From NCBI GenBank assembly GCA_963668645.2, contig CAXXWC010000021.1, positions 1,280,001-1,344,000 of the forward strand: a stretch of 64,000 nucleotides of DNA, given 5' to 3'. The DNA comes from Desulfobacterales bacterium (lineage in GTDB: Bacteria; Desulfobacterota; Desulfobacteria; Desulfobacterales; UBA2174). The notes beneath the pieces were generated by a model. It made no database searches and was not told the DNA's origin. It saw only the letters and a program-made list of their open reading frames with translations. Below are positions 9,402 to 18,236 of this stretch, piece after piece (the stretch's first letter is position 1; the number at the start of each line of letters is the position of its first letter). The translations under genes and the position numbers were made by a program.

Positions 9402-10056
9402 AGCCCACCCCCCGTACGGTGTGGATCATCCGGGTCTCGAAGTCCTTGTCCAGTTTATCGCGCAAGCGGCAGATGCGGGCTTCGACCACATTGGTCTGCG
9501 GATCGAAGGCATAGTTCCAGACATGCTCCATGATCATGGTCTTGGAGACCACCCGGCCCGCGTTGCGCATCAGGTATTCGAGCAGGGCAAATTCCAGGGG
9601 CTGCAACACGATCTTGCGTTCCCCGCGCAGCACCTCACGGCGGATCAGATCCATGCTCAAATCGGCGACGGTCAGCCGGGTCGGCTCCACCGCTCCGGTG
9701 GAGCGCCGGATCAGGGCCTGGACCCGGGCCAACAGCTCAGAGAAAGCAAAAGGCTTGACCAAATAGTCGTCGGCCCCCAACTCGAGCCCCCGCACCCGGT
9801 CCGCTACGCTCCCCTTGGCACTAAGGATCAGGATCGGCACCCCGATTCTTTCGCGTCGCAGGGCCTCGACCAGAGAAAAACCGTCCCGGCCCGGCAGCAT
9901 GACATCGACCACCAGGATATCGTACGGTTCGGTCAATCCCAGATTCAGGCCGGACTGGCCGTCGGTGACATGATCAACGGCGAATCCGGCCGCTTCCAAG
10001 CCCTTGCGCACAAAGGCGGCGATCTTCAGGTCGTCTTCCACAAGCAGCAGGCGCAT
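9376..10056 (-). CDS. OmpR-family response regulator (CusR-like)
   Basis: LLVEDD, DVMLPGRDG, GADDYLVKPF, winged-helix end HTVRGVGY. Confidence 0.95.
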   Translation of the reverse strand: MRLLLVEDDLKIAAFVRKGLEAAGFAVDHVTDGQSGLNLGLTEPYDILVVDVMLPGRDGFSLVEALRRERIGVPILILSAKGSVADRVRGLELGADDYLVKPFAFSELLARVQALIRRSTGAVEPTRLTVADLSMDLIRREVLRGERKIVLQPLEFALLEYLMRNAGRVVSKTMIMEHVWNYAFDPQTNVVEARICRLRDKLDKDFETRMIHTVRGVGYVLRPESD

Positions 10057-10075
10057 GCTTCATCCCTCTTAGCGG

Positions 10076-10747
10076 TTATCGCTTGCGTGATGCGTTTTCA
10101 GCCGGCGGACGTCTACCGTAGGTCTTGAACTTTTCCATTACCCGCTGCATCTCTTCATCCGAAAGCAGGCACGGCGTGCCTACGGCGCGGGCTTGATAGT
10201 AGATGCGGGCCACCAATTCAATCTCTTCGGCCACGGCAAAGGCCCGGCCCAGGTCGGCACCGACGGCGACCAAGCCGTGGTTGGCCAGCAACACCGCGTG
10301 ACCAGCCCCGATGCCGGCCGTCACCTGATCGGCCAGCGCATCAGAGCCGTAAGTGGCATATGGCGCAAGGGGGACCTTGGGGCCGGCAAACCCGACAAGA
10401 TAGTGCACCGCAGGAATTTCCCAATGCAGGCAGGCCAGGGTGGTGGCGTAGACCGAATGGGTATGGACCACCGCCCCAACATCCTGCCGGCACCGGTAAA
10501 GGGCCAGATGGAAGGGCAGCTCGCTGGAAGGTTCGCCGTCCCCCTCCACATGTTTTCCTTCCAGGTCCACCACCACGATGTCCTGCGGTCTCAAACGGTC
10601 ATAATCGATGCCGGAAGGGGTCACGGCCACAACCCCCTGGCGCCGGTCGCACCAGCTCAGGTTGCCTCCGGTGCCGGTGGTCAAGCCGGCCGCCAGCATG
10701 CGCCGGCCGAAGCGCACTACGGCGCGGCGTTTGGTTTCAAGTCGCAT
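10076..10747 (-). CDS. class II aldolase/adducin family protein (L-fuculose-phosphate aldolase-like)
   Basis: GTGGNLS, VTPSG, PSSELPFH, VHTHS, LLANHG Zn-binding motifs; start taken at ATG 10747. Confidence 0.9.
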   Translation of the reverse strand: MRLETKRRAVVRFGRRMLAAGLTTGTGGNLSWCDRRQGVVAVTPSGIDYDRLRPQDIVVVDLEGKHVEGDGEPSSELPFHLALYRCRQDVGAVVHTHSVYATTLACLHWEIPAVHYLVGFAGPKVPLAPYATYGSDALADQVTAGIGAGHAVLLANHGLVAVGADLGRAFAVAEEIELVARIYYQARAVGTPCLLSDEEMQRVMEKFKTYGRRPPAENASRKR

Positions 10748-10899
10748 GATCTCTTTCTCTCCGGGCCGGGCGGCGTTTGACACCCGCCGCCCTTTCTTCT
10801 ATGACAAACCTCGCAACTAGGCTCCAAATAATAGCGAAAAATTTTAATTCACACCCCAGGCGGCAGCCCAGCCGCGCCTGAAAGGAATTGTGAAAAACT

Positions 10900-11841
10900 A
10901 TGAAAATTCTGGTATCCGGGTCCCTGGCCTATGACCGCATCATGGATTTTCCCGGCCGCTTCGCCGATCATATCTTGCCGCAAAAGATTCACAACCTCAA
11001 CGTCTGTTTCATGGTCAACGGTGTGCAGGAAAAATTCGGCGGCACAGCCGGCAACATCGCTTACAACCTGGCCTTGTTGGGCGAATCCCCGCTGATACTC
11101 GCCGCCGCCGGCAAAGACTTCGACCGTTACCGCAGCCGGCTGGAGCGTTTGGGATTGAGCCTGGCGGGGATCCGTGAAACGGATGCCGAATTTACCGCCA
11201 GCGCCTACATCACCACCGATCAGGCCAACAACCAGATCACCGGCTTCAACCCCGGGGCCATGCGCATCCCGTCGGCGTACAGCCCGGACGGCATCGATGC
11301 GCGTGACACGCTGGCCATCATCGCTCCGGGCAATCTCGAAGACATGATCAACCTCAGCCGCCGCTACAAGGAGCTAGGCGTGCCATATATCTTTGACCCG
11401 GGCCAATCCATTCCGGCCCTGAGCCCGGAGGCCCTGGCGGAAATGACCGGCGGGGCGGCGATTCTCATCAGCAACGACTACGAGCTGGAAATGATTAAAA
11501 AAATGACCCGACTCGAACTGGCGGCCATCCTCGATCGCTGCCCGGCGGTAATCACCACCCTGGGAGAAAATGGCTCGGTGCTGCATACCGCCGGCACCGA
11601 TACGACCATCACGGCGGCGGCCAATGACGGGGTGGTCGATCCCACCGGCGCGGGCGACGCCTACCGCGCCGGCGTACTCAAGGGGATGAACGAAGGCCGG
11701 GAACTGGCGGTCTGCGCCAGGATGGGATCGGTCTGCGCCAGCTATGCCGTAAGCAGCCAGGGAACGCAGGAGCACGAGTTCACCATCGAGGCGTTCTGGG
11801 AACGCTACACCACCTGTTATGGCCCGGTATCCGGGCGGTGA
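10900..11841 (+). CDS. PfkB-family carbohydrate/nucleoside kinase (adenosine kinase-like)
   Basis: VSGSLAYD, GGTAGNIAY, DPTGAGDAYRAG. Confidence 0.9.
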   Translation: MKILVSGSLAYDRIMDFPGRFADHILPQKIHNLNVCFMVNGVQEKFGGTAGNIAYNLALLGESPLILAAAGKDFDRYRSRLERLGLSLAGIRETDAEFTASAYITTDQANNQITGFNPGAMRIPSAYSPDGIDARDTLAIIAPGNLEDMINLSRRYKELGVPYIFDPGQSIPALSPEALAEMTGGAAILISNDYELEMIKKMTRLELAAILDRCPAVITTLGENGSVLHTAGTDTTITAAANDGVVDPTGAGDAYRAGVLKGMNEGRELAVCARMGSVCASYAVSSQGTQEHEFTIEAFWERYTTCYGPVSGR

Positions 11842-11930
11842 AAATTTAGCATCATGCCGGCGGTGTCCCCAAAAAGCAAAAATTAAAACTGCGTCTGGCA
11901 GATCCAGTTGCTTTTGGTAACTATTGGTAG

Positions 11931-11959
11931 TTGACAAAATCATAGTTCTACTTTAGAAT
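11931..11959 (+). promoter_or_regulatory. sigma-70 promoter of the IMPase-family gene
   Basis: TTGACA - 17 nt - TAGAAT, about 55 nt upstream of the start codon. Confidence 0.7.
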
Positions 11960-12014
11960 GTTACTTCAAATCGGGAACCATTTTCCATAACCCCGCTTAC
12001 ATCGGGAGAGGGCC

Positions 12015-12874
12015 ATGGCAGTGGTATCCAAACCGGACATCGACCAGTTGATCGCCTTTGCGCAGGATGCCATTTTAAGCTGCGGCCAACTCGCCAGCCG
12101 TTTTTTCCGTAGCGTCAAGCCTCACGAGCGTTTTGACGAAAGTCTGGTGACAGCGGCCGAATTGGAACTGACAGCCCATTTTCGTCAAGCCCTGGCCGAG
12201 ACATTTCCGGCCCATCGGATTTTAGGCGCCGAGGAGAACGAAGAGGGCTACACCCACGAACAGAAGCGCTACCTCTGGATCTTCGACCCGAGGAGAACGA
12301 AGAGGGCTACACCCACGAACAGAAGCGCTACCTCTGGATCTTCGACCCCATCGACGGGCTGGACAATTTCCAGGCAGGGATTCCCGTCTGGGCCATGTCC
12401 CTTTCCCTGATGGAAAACTATTGGCCCCTGTTCGGCATGATCCATCTGCCGGCCACCGGAGATCTGTTTCACGCCAGAGCCGGTGGAGCCCCCTACCACG
12501 GATCGAACCGGCTCCAGCCGCAGGACGCCGAAAGCGCCGAAGAAGAACGGCTGATTCTCACCTTTTCACGCTTCCACCGTCATTACCAGACCGTATTTCC
12601 GGGAAAGATTCGAAACTTCGGCTGCACTGCCGCCCATTTGTGCTACGTCGCAATGGGGCGGGCAGACGCAGCCATCATCACCAATGAATCGTTCAAGGAT
12701 CTGGCGGCCGCCGAGGTCATCATCGAAGCGGCAGGGGGGAAGATTTTCACTATGGCCGGCGCACCGTTTCATGTCGGCGAATACCTTAACGGCGACAAAA
12801 TCGCCGTGCATCTGATCGCTACCCGACCAGACCGTCTCGATACGGTTTTGTCCTATCTGAATCGTATCGGCTAA
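12015..12874 (+). pseudogene. inositol monophosphatase (SuhB/HisN-like) family gene frameshifted by a 59-bp tandem duplication
   Basis: ORFs 12015-12410 and 12395-12874 are the two halves. Deleting one repeat copy gives 801 nt (266 aa) reading ILGAEE..WIFDPIDGLDNF..GCTAAHLCYVAMG..DLAAAEVIIEAAGG. Confidence 0.8.
12231..12348 (+). repeat. exact tandem duplication, 2 x 59 bp
   Basis: GAGGAGAACGAAGAGGGCTACACCCACGAACAGAAGCGCTACCTCTGGATCTTCGACCC at 12231-12289 and 12290-12348. Confidence 0.97.
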
Positions 12875-13066
12875 AGCGTCTCTTAGAGTGTATCGCAGAT
12901 CGTATCGCCGAGTCTCCTCTCGATACACCCGGCGAACTCCCCACGCTTATAAGAGGAGGGGTTCAGTCCATCAAGAGAAATAATAATTCAAACAAATTTA
13001 ATAAGTTCGAATCCCGCCCGCTAAAAAAACACATTGATCGAGGAGGCAAGTCCACATTCAAATCAA

Positions 13067-13082
13067 TGGCATAATCATTGCA
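13067..13082 (+). promoter_or_regulatory. sigma-54 (-24/-12) promoter
   Basis: TGGCATAATCATTGCA, a GG-N10-GC match to TGGCAC-N5-TTGC, 90 nt upstream of ATG 13172, in an AT-rich intergenic region. Confidence 0.7.
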
Positions 13083-13171
13083 GTCTCGAACACCAGGGAA
13101 GCTTTCCGCTAGCCCAAAGGCGCGGACCCCCCCCGAAACGACCTTACGGTCCCCAACGAAAGGTTGGATCG

Positions 13172-13432
13172 ATGAAAAGGGTCAGTATTCAAAAAACAAC
13201 CTTGCAACTCAGTCCCCTCCAATCAATCTCCTGCGGAACAACCTTCGACTTCGAAATCGGCACATTGCTGGAAAGCCCCTGTCGCTGTTGTGAGATGCGC
13301 GCCCTGCTGCCCACATGTGCCCAAGGCTGCGAGATCCTGGCGCGCATTCAGACGACCCTGGCCGGCGGCATCTCCTCGGGCCACAGCGTTTCGCCGGCGG
13401 AAGATTACTGCCTTTCCTCCGATGAACGCTGA
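13172..13432 (+). CDS. small Cys-rich hypothetical protein (86 aa)
   Basis: FDFEIGTLLESPCRCCE..LPTCAQGCEIL: CxxC and CxxxC pairs; lies downstream of the sigma-54 motif. Confidence 0.6.
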   Translation: MKRVSIQKTTLQLSPLQSISCGTTFDFEIGTLLESPCRCCEMRALLPTCAQGCEILARIQTTLAGGISSGHSVSPAEDYCLSSDER

Positions 13433-13563
13433 TGCACGGCCGAAGCGCCCGCTTGCTTTCGCTCCAGATCGGTGCAGCACCCCTCATTAAGCCGTAAAGA
13501 TGATCCGCCCGCAACGTCCAGGCTGGGCCAGCGGGTCTTTAAAGCCCAAATACCGGCGCACCT

Positions 13564-14628
13564 TCACACCCATAATCGGCGCATGGTTTCCAGCAGGCGA
13601 TCCATCTGGGCGTCCGTACCGATGGTGATCCTTACGAAATTCTCGATTCCCCGGTGAGCGAAATAGCGTACCAGAATCCCCTCCTCCTTGAGCAATCGGT
13701 AAATCGTCGCCCCGTCGCTTCCCGGCCGGGAAGCGAACACGAAGTTGGCCGCCGAGGGCAGCACTTGCCATCCCATGGCGCCGAGGGCACGGGAAAAGCG
13801 TTCCCGGGTTTGAATCACCTGGCCTCTAATATGCCGGAAGTAATCGGCATCCTCGATGGCGATAGCCCCGATCCGCTGGGTCAAATGATTTAGCGGATAG
13901 GAGTTGAAGCTGTCTTTGACCGTAAAGAGCGCCGAAATCAACGCCGCATCCCCAAGCGCATACCCGAGGCGCAGCCCGGCCAGGGCCAGACTCTTGGAAA
14001 AAGTGCGCGTCACCAGGAGATTGGGGTAGCGCTCGATCAGGGGAATCACACTGCGACCGCCGAAATCGACGTAGGCCTCGTCCACCACCACGACCCGATC
14101 GGATGGAAAACGTGCCAAGAATTCGGCGATCGCCTCGGGTGCCAGCAGGTGTCCGGTGGGGGCGTTGGGATTTGCAAAAATCGCGCCCCCCACGCTTTGG
14201 CCGTCGCCGCAAAAACCGTCCAGATCAACGGCGAAGTCGGCCTTCAACGGGACACGCCGAAAGGGGATCGAGAAAAGATTGCAATAGACCGGATAGAAGC
14301 TGTAGGTGTGCTCCGGAAACATCAAAGAGCCCAATTCGGCGCCGAAAAAGGCGTAAAAGCTAAAGGCCAGCACCTCGTCCGACCCGTTACCGGTAAAGAC
14401 CTGCTCTACCTTGAGGCCGTGGTGCCGGGCGATCGCCTCGCGCAGGGCAGTCATGCACGGATCCGGATAAAGACCCAGCCGTTCGGGCCCGGTGGTGCGC
14501 AGATAGGCTTCGATGCGCGGACTCGGTGGATAGGGGCATTCGTTGGTGTTCAGTTTGAGGTATTGGCGGTCCTGAGGTTGTTCGCCCGGGACATAGGGGG
14601 TCAATTGGCGCAGCCTTTGGGTGAACAT
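13564..14628 (-). CDS. hisC: histidinol-phosphate aminotransferase
   Basis: PYVPGEQP, KLNTNECPY, GNGSDEVL, NPNAPTG, DEAYVDF, RTFSKSLALAGLRLGY (PLP lysine), RITIG. Confidence 0.93.
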   Translation of the reverse strand: MFTQRLRQLTPYVPGEQPQDRQYLKLNTNECPYPPSPRIEAYLRTTGPERLGLYPDPCMTALREAIARHHGLKVEQVFTGNGSDEVLAFSFYAFFGAELGSLMFPEHTYSFYPVYCNLFSIPFRRVPLKADFAVDLDGFCGDGQSVGGAIFANPNAPTGHLLAPEAIAEFLARFPSDRVVVVDEAYVDFGGRSVIPLIERYPNLLVTRTFSKSLALAGLRLGYALGDAALISALFTVKDSFNSYPLNHLTQRIGAIAIEDADYFRHIRGQVIQTRERFSRALGAMGWQVLPSAANFVFASRPGSDGATIYRLLKEEGILVRYFAHRGIENFVRITIGTDAQMDRLLETMRRLWV

Positions 14629-14866
14629 GGCAATCGTCCTTCAAGGGGTGATGGGCCGCTGGACGGACTGCCTAACCGGCCCGAAGTGCGTTTGAAATCG
14701 AAAGCATCCAAATACCGACTCTTTGGCAGTCTTGCCTATACACCACCGCCGCAGGGGATTCAACCGAAGCGCGTTGTCCGTCGCAATTCTCGCTGAACCG
14801 GAATTGCCGCGGTTTGCCCAATCGGTTTGACCCCATCGCACACATCGTAGTATAGCCGCAGCCACT

Positions 14867-16498
14867 ATGGATATGAAGCCCACAGCCCAAGGAGCGGCGG
14901 CGGCCGATGACCGGCCTTACAACGATATCCTGATCCGCTTTGAAGACGCCACCTTCCGGGTCGGAAGTCGCACCGTCCTGCACCACACCAACTGGGAAAT
15001 CCGCCGTGGTGAGAACTGGGCCGTCCTTGGGCCTAATGGCGCGGGCAAGTCGACCCTGCTGGCCGCCCTGGCGGGCAGAATACCGGTGGTGGCCGGATGC
15101 CTGGAGCGCCTGGCAAAAACGGTCCAGCCTGACGCTGTAGGCTACGTGGCTGTGAACCAGCAGTACACCCTGGCGGCACGTGAGGCGCTGGCCGCCGATG
15201 CGCGCGCCTGGGCCGGCCTCGACGCCGGGGGGATGACGGTGGCCGATTTGCTGGTTTCTCTTCCGCCGGCCGACCAGGCCCATCACATCGCGGACCTGCT
15301 CGGCATAGCCCGCCTGGCGAACAGGCAATTGGACCGGCTTTCCAGCGGCGAGTGGCGCCGGCTGCTCATCGTGCGCGCCTTGACGCCCAAGGTGCCGCGA
15401 CTCTTGCTGCTGGATGAACCCTTCGACGGGCTCGACCGCAGGGCCCGGCAGGACATGACCGGAGCCATAGAGACGCTGATTCGCACGGGGGTGCAAGTTG
15501 TCATGGCCAGTCATCGCCGTGACGAGCTGCCCCCGGGCATCTCTCATGGCCTGCACCTGGACGGGATCCGGGTGATCAGGGCCGGACAGCTGAGTCCCGA
15601 TGCATTGGCCAAAGCATTTCCGACTATTCAGCCAAAAATCTCGGCCCACCTCCCGGTGCCGATGGTTCCGGCCGGCAAAACCCCCCCTGTCCTGGTGGAG
15701 CTGCGCGCCGTGACCGTGCGCTACGGCCGTTCGATTATCCTGGACCGGCTCACCTGGTGCCACCGGCGCGATGAACACTGGGCCGTTTTGGGCCCCAACG
15801 GCGTGGGCAAAACGACGCTGCTGCGCCTGATCGCCGCCGACCACCCCCAGGTCTACGCCAACGATGTGCGCCTGATGGGAAGACGGCGAGGAACCGGCGA
15901 GACGATCCATCAGGCCCGCGCCCCCATCGCCATGATCGGCAACGAACTCCAAATTGCTTACCAGCGGCCCATAACGGCACTGGCGGTCGTTGTGTCCGGG
16001 TTCTTCGATTCCATCGGCCTGTTTCGCCGCCCGACTTTTGCCCAGGAGACCCTGGCCCGCCAGTGGCTTGCCGCCATGGGGCTCGAAGGGAAGGAACAAA
16101 CCGATTTTCGCCACCTTTCCTGCGGCCAGCAGCGCCTGGTGCTTATCGCCAGAGCCATGATCAAGGCACCGACGCTGTTGATCCTGGACGAACCGTGCGA
16201 AGGGCTTGACTGGGAAAACAGGCATCGAGTGCTCGCCCGAATCAATGCGCTGGCAAACCAGGGGCAAACCCATATCCTCTGTGTCACCCACCGGGTCGAG
16301 GATCTGCCGGCGTGTATCAGCCATGTGCTCCATCTGGCCCCGAACGGCAGCGCCCGCCAGGAGACACGCAAAACAGTTGCCGCGGCAAGCGGCGCATTGA
16401 CGAACTGTGCGGCGAATTCACTCCAAGCGGGACGCCAGGATGCATCCTTCAACCCTCCTGGAGTCCTGAGAAACGGGCAGCCGCCCCATGCAGGCTAA
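14867..16498 (+). CDS. modF: tandem ABC ATPase, ModF-like
   Basis: Two Walker A motifs (GPNGAGKS, GPNGVGKT), signatures LSSGE / LSCGQQRL, LLDEPFDGLD / ILDEPCEGLD, DHPQVYAND, VVSGFFDSIGL. Confidence 0.8.
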   Translation: MDMKPTAQGAAAADDRPYNDILIRFEDATFRVGSRTVLHHTNWEIRRGENWAVLGPNGAGKSTLLAALAGRIPVVAGCLERLAKTVQPDAVGYVAVNQQYTLAAREALAADARAWAGLDAGGMTVADLLVSLPPADQAHHIADLLGIARLANRQLDRLSSGEWRRLLIVRALTPKVPRLLLLDEPFDGLDRRARQDMTGAIETLIRTGVQVVMASHRRDELPPGISHGLHLDGIRVIRAGQLSPDALAKAFPTIQPKISAHLPVPMVPAGKTPPVLVELRAVTVRYGRSIILDRLTWCHRRDEHWAVLGPNGVGKTTLLRLIAADHPQVYANDVRLMGRRRGTGETIHQARAPIAMIGNELQIAYQRPITALAVVVSGFFDSIGLFRRPTFAQETLARQWLAAMGLEGKEQTDFRHLSCGQQRLVLIARAMIKAPTLLILDEPCEGLDWENRHRVLARINALANQGQTHILCVTHRVEDLPACISHVLHLAPNGSARQETRKTVAAASGALTNCAANSLQAGRQDASFNPPGVLRNGQPPHAG

Positions 16499-17963
16499 CC
16501 GGCAAACCGGAACCTTGGCAGAAAAGACCACGCTTTTGATGAACAGTCCAGAACCATACCGGCACTCTGCGGACGGGCGCACAGACGAACCGGCCCCAGC
16601 CGTTCGCCGCGCGGCCCTGACGATTGCCGCCCTGAGCGCCTTTCTGACCCCCTTTATGGGATCGGCGGTGCATATCGCCCTGCCGGCCATCGAAGCCGAT
16701 TTCAAGATCGGGGCGGTCATGCTCAGCTGGGTGGCCAACGCCTATCTGCTGGCTGCGGCCATTGCCCTGGTGCCGGCCGGAAGAGCGGCGGACATCTACG
16801 GCCGGCGCAGGATCTTCATCCTCGGCAACCTGACCTTCACCGCGGCATCCCTGCTCTGCGCGGCCGCTCCAGACCTGCACTGGCTGATTGCCGCCCGGGT
16901 GATCCAGGGGGTGGGCAGCGCCATGCTCTTTGCCACCGGGATCGCCATCGTCACCGCCGTCTATCCGGCCCACCGGCGCGGCACCGTCCTGGGGGTCAAC
17001 GTGGCCGCGGTTTATGTGGGGCTTTCCTGCGGCCCCTCCGTCGGCGGCCTGCTCACCGACTGGATCGGATGGCACAGCGTCTTCTGGTCCGTGGCGCCCC
17101 TGGGGGCCCTGGCCGTCTACCTGACCTTGCGCCGGCTCCACGGCGAATGGGCCGAAGCCCGCGGCGAGCCCTTCGACTGGCCCGGCAGCCTGGTCTATGG
17201 GGCCTCTTTGGCGGCCCTGATGCTCGGTTTGTCACGCCCGCCCGGAATCCTCGGCATGGCTCTGATCGGGGCCGGCCTGCTGGCCCTGGTCTTTTTTGCC
17301 GCCTGGGAGCTGCACTCGCCCTCGCCCGTTTTCGAGGTGCGGCTTTTTGCGCACAGCCGGATCTTCGCCTTTTCCTGCCTGGCCGCCCTGATCCATTATG
17401 CCGCCACCTTTGCGGTGACCTTCCTGCTGAGCATTCACTTGCAGCAGGTCAAGGGATTGAGCGCCGATGAGGCCGGACTGGTATTGATGTGCCAGCCGGT
17501 GATGATGGCCCTGTTTTCTCCGCTGACCGGGCGGCTCTCGGACCGCATCGAACCGCGCTATCTCAGCTCCTCGGGCATGGCTCTGACCGCCATGGGGTTG
17601 TTGATGCTCACCTGGTTGGGCACCGGGGGCGGGTTGGGCTTCATTGTCGCCTGCCTCATCCTCATGGGGTTGGGGTTCGCTCTTTTTTCTTCACCCAACA
17701 TGAATGCCATCATGGGATCGGTGGCGCGCAAACATTACGGAATTGCCGCAGGGGCCGTGGGCACCATGCGCCTGCTGGGCCAGATGTTCTCCATGGGTAT
17801 CGCCACCTTGATCATCGCCAGCCGCATGGGCCGCCTGTCCACTGCGGCGGCCCCGGCCCTTTTTGTCGAGAGCGCCCGCATCGCCTTTACGATCTTTTCC
17901 GGCCTTTGCGTGGTAGGGATCTTCCTTTCGCTGTCACGCGGCCGGCTCAGGCCGGACAGGTAA
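16488..17963 (+). CDS. MFS drug:H+ antiporter (DHA2/EmrB-QacA type)
   Basis: IALPAI, GRAADIYGRRR motif A, RVIQGVG, GPSVGGLL, FSSPNMNAIMG; about 14 TM helices. Start may be ATG 16539. Confidence 0.9.
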   Translation: MQANRQTGTLAEKTTLLMNSPEPYRHSADGRTDEPAPAVRRAALTIAALSAFLTPFMGSAVHIALPAIEADFKIGAVMLSWVANAYLLAAAIALVPAGRAADIYGRRRIFILGNLTFTAASLLCAAAPDLHWLIAARVIQGVGSAMLFATGIAIVTAVYPAHRRGTVLGVNVAAVYVGLSCGPSVGGLLTDWIGWHSVFWSVAPLGALAVYLTLRRLHGEWAEARGEPFDWPGSLVYGASLAALMLGLSRPPGILGMALIGAGLLALVFFAAWELHSPSPVFEVRLFAHSRIFAFSCLAALIHYAATFAVTFLLSIHLQQVKGLSADEAGLVLMCQPVMMALFSPLTGRLSDRIEPRYLSSSGMALTAMGLLMLTWLGTGGGLGFIVACLILMGLGFALFSSPNMNAIMGSVARKHYGIAAGAVGTMRLLGQMFSMGIATLIIASRMGRLSTAAAPALFVESARIAFTIFSGLCVVGIFLSLSRGRLRPDR

Positions 17964-18174
17964 AGCGGGAGGAGCGGACACACCGTCCGCTCCCGATACA
18001 GACCACCTCGTCGATCGAGACCCCAAAATCTCCCCAAAGGCTGCTCTGAAGCCGGAAAAACGGTTAAAACCGGCCCCCTGACCGGCAAGACAGGACTTTC
18101 GCCAGGTGCAGATTCTCGCACCGGCAGGCGCCGGGAATCCAGACACGGCGCAGGCCAATGATCACTTCCATTTT

Positions 18175-18203
18175 TTGACACCCTGCAAGGCGGCTGGTAA
18201 ACT
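18175..18203 (+). promoter_or_regulatory. sigma-70 promoter of the serine hydrolase gene
   Basis: TTGACA - 17 nt - TAAACT, then an AGGAG RBS before ATG 18237. Confidence 0.6.
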
Positions 18204-18236
18204 TCGAAATCTGAACCCAGGGTAAAAGGAGAAGCG

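Noticed and set aside
10076..11841. Aldolase plus kinase as a methylthioadenosine/5'-deoxyadenosine salvage (DHAP shunt) cluster
   Set aside because: The genes are divergent, the kinase is PfkB-type rather than MtnK, and no isomerase or phosphorylase is present.
12231..12348. Direct repeat as a CRISPR array
   Set aside because: Only two abutting copies, no spacer, inside coding sequence, no cas genes.
13004..13021. GTTCGAATCCC, resembling a tRNA T-loop
   Set aside because: No T-stem pairing upstream, no cloverleaf or CCA, no integrase nearby.
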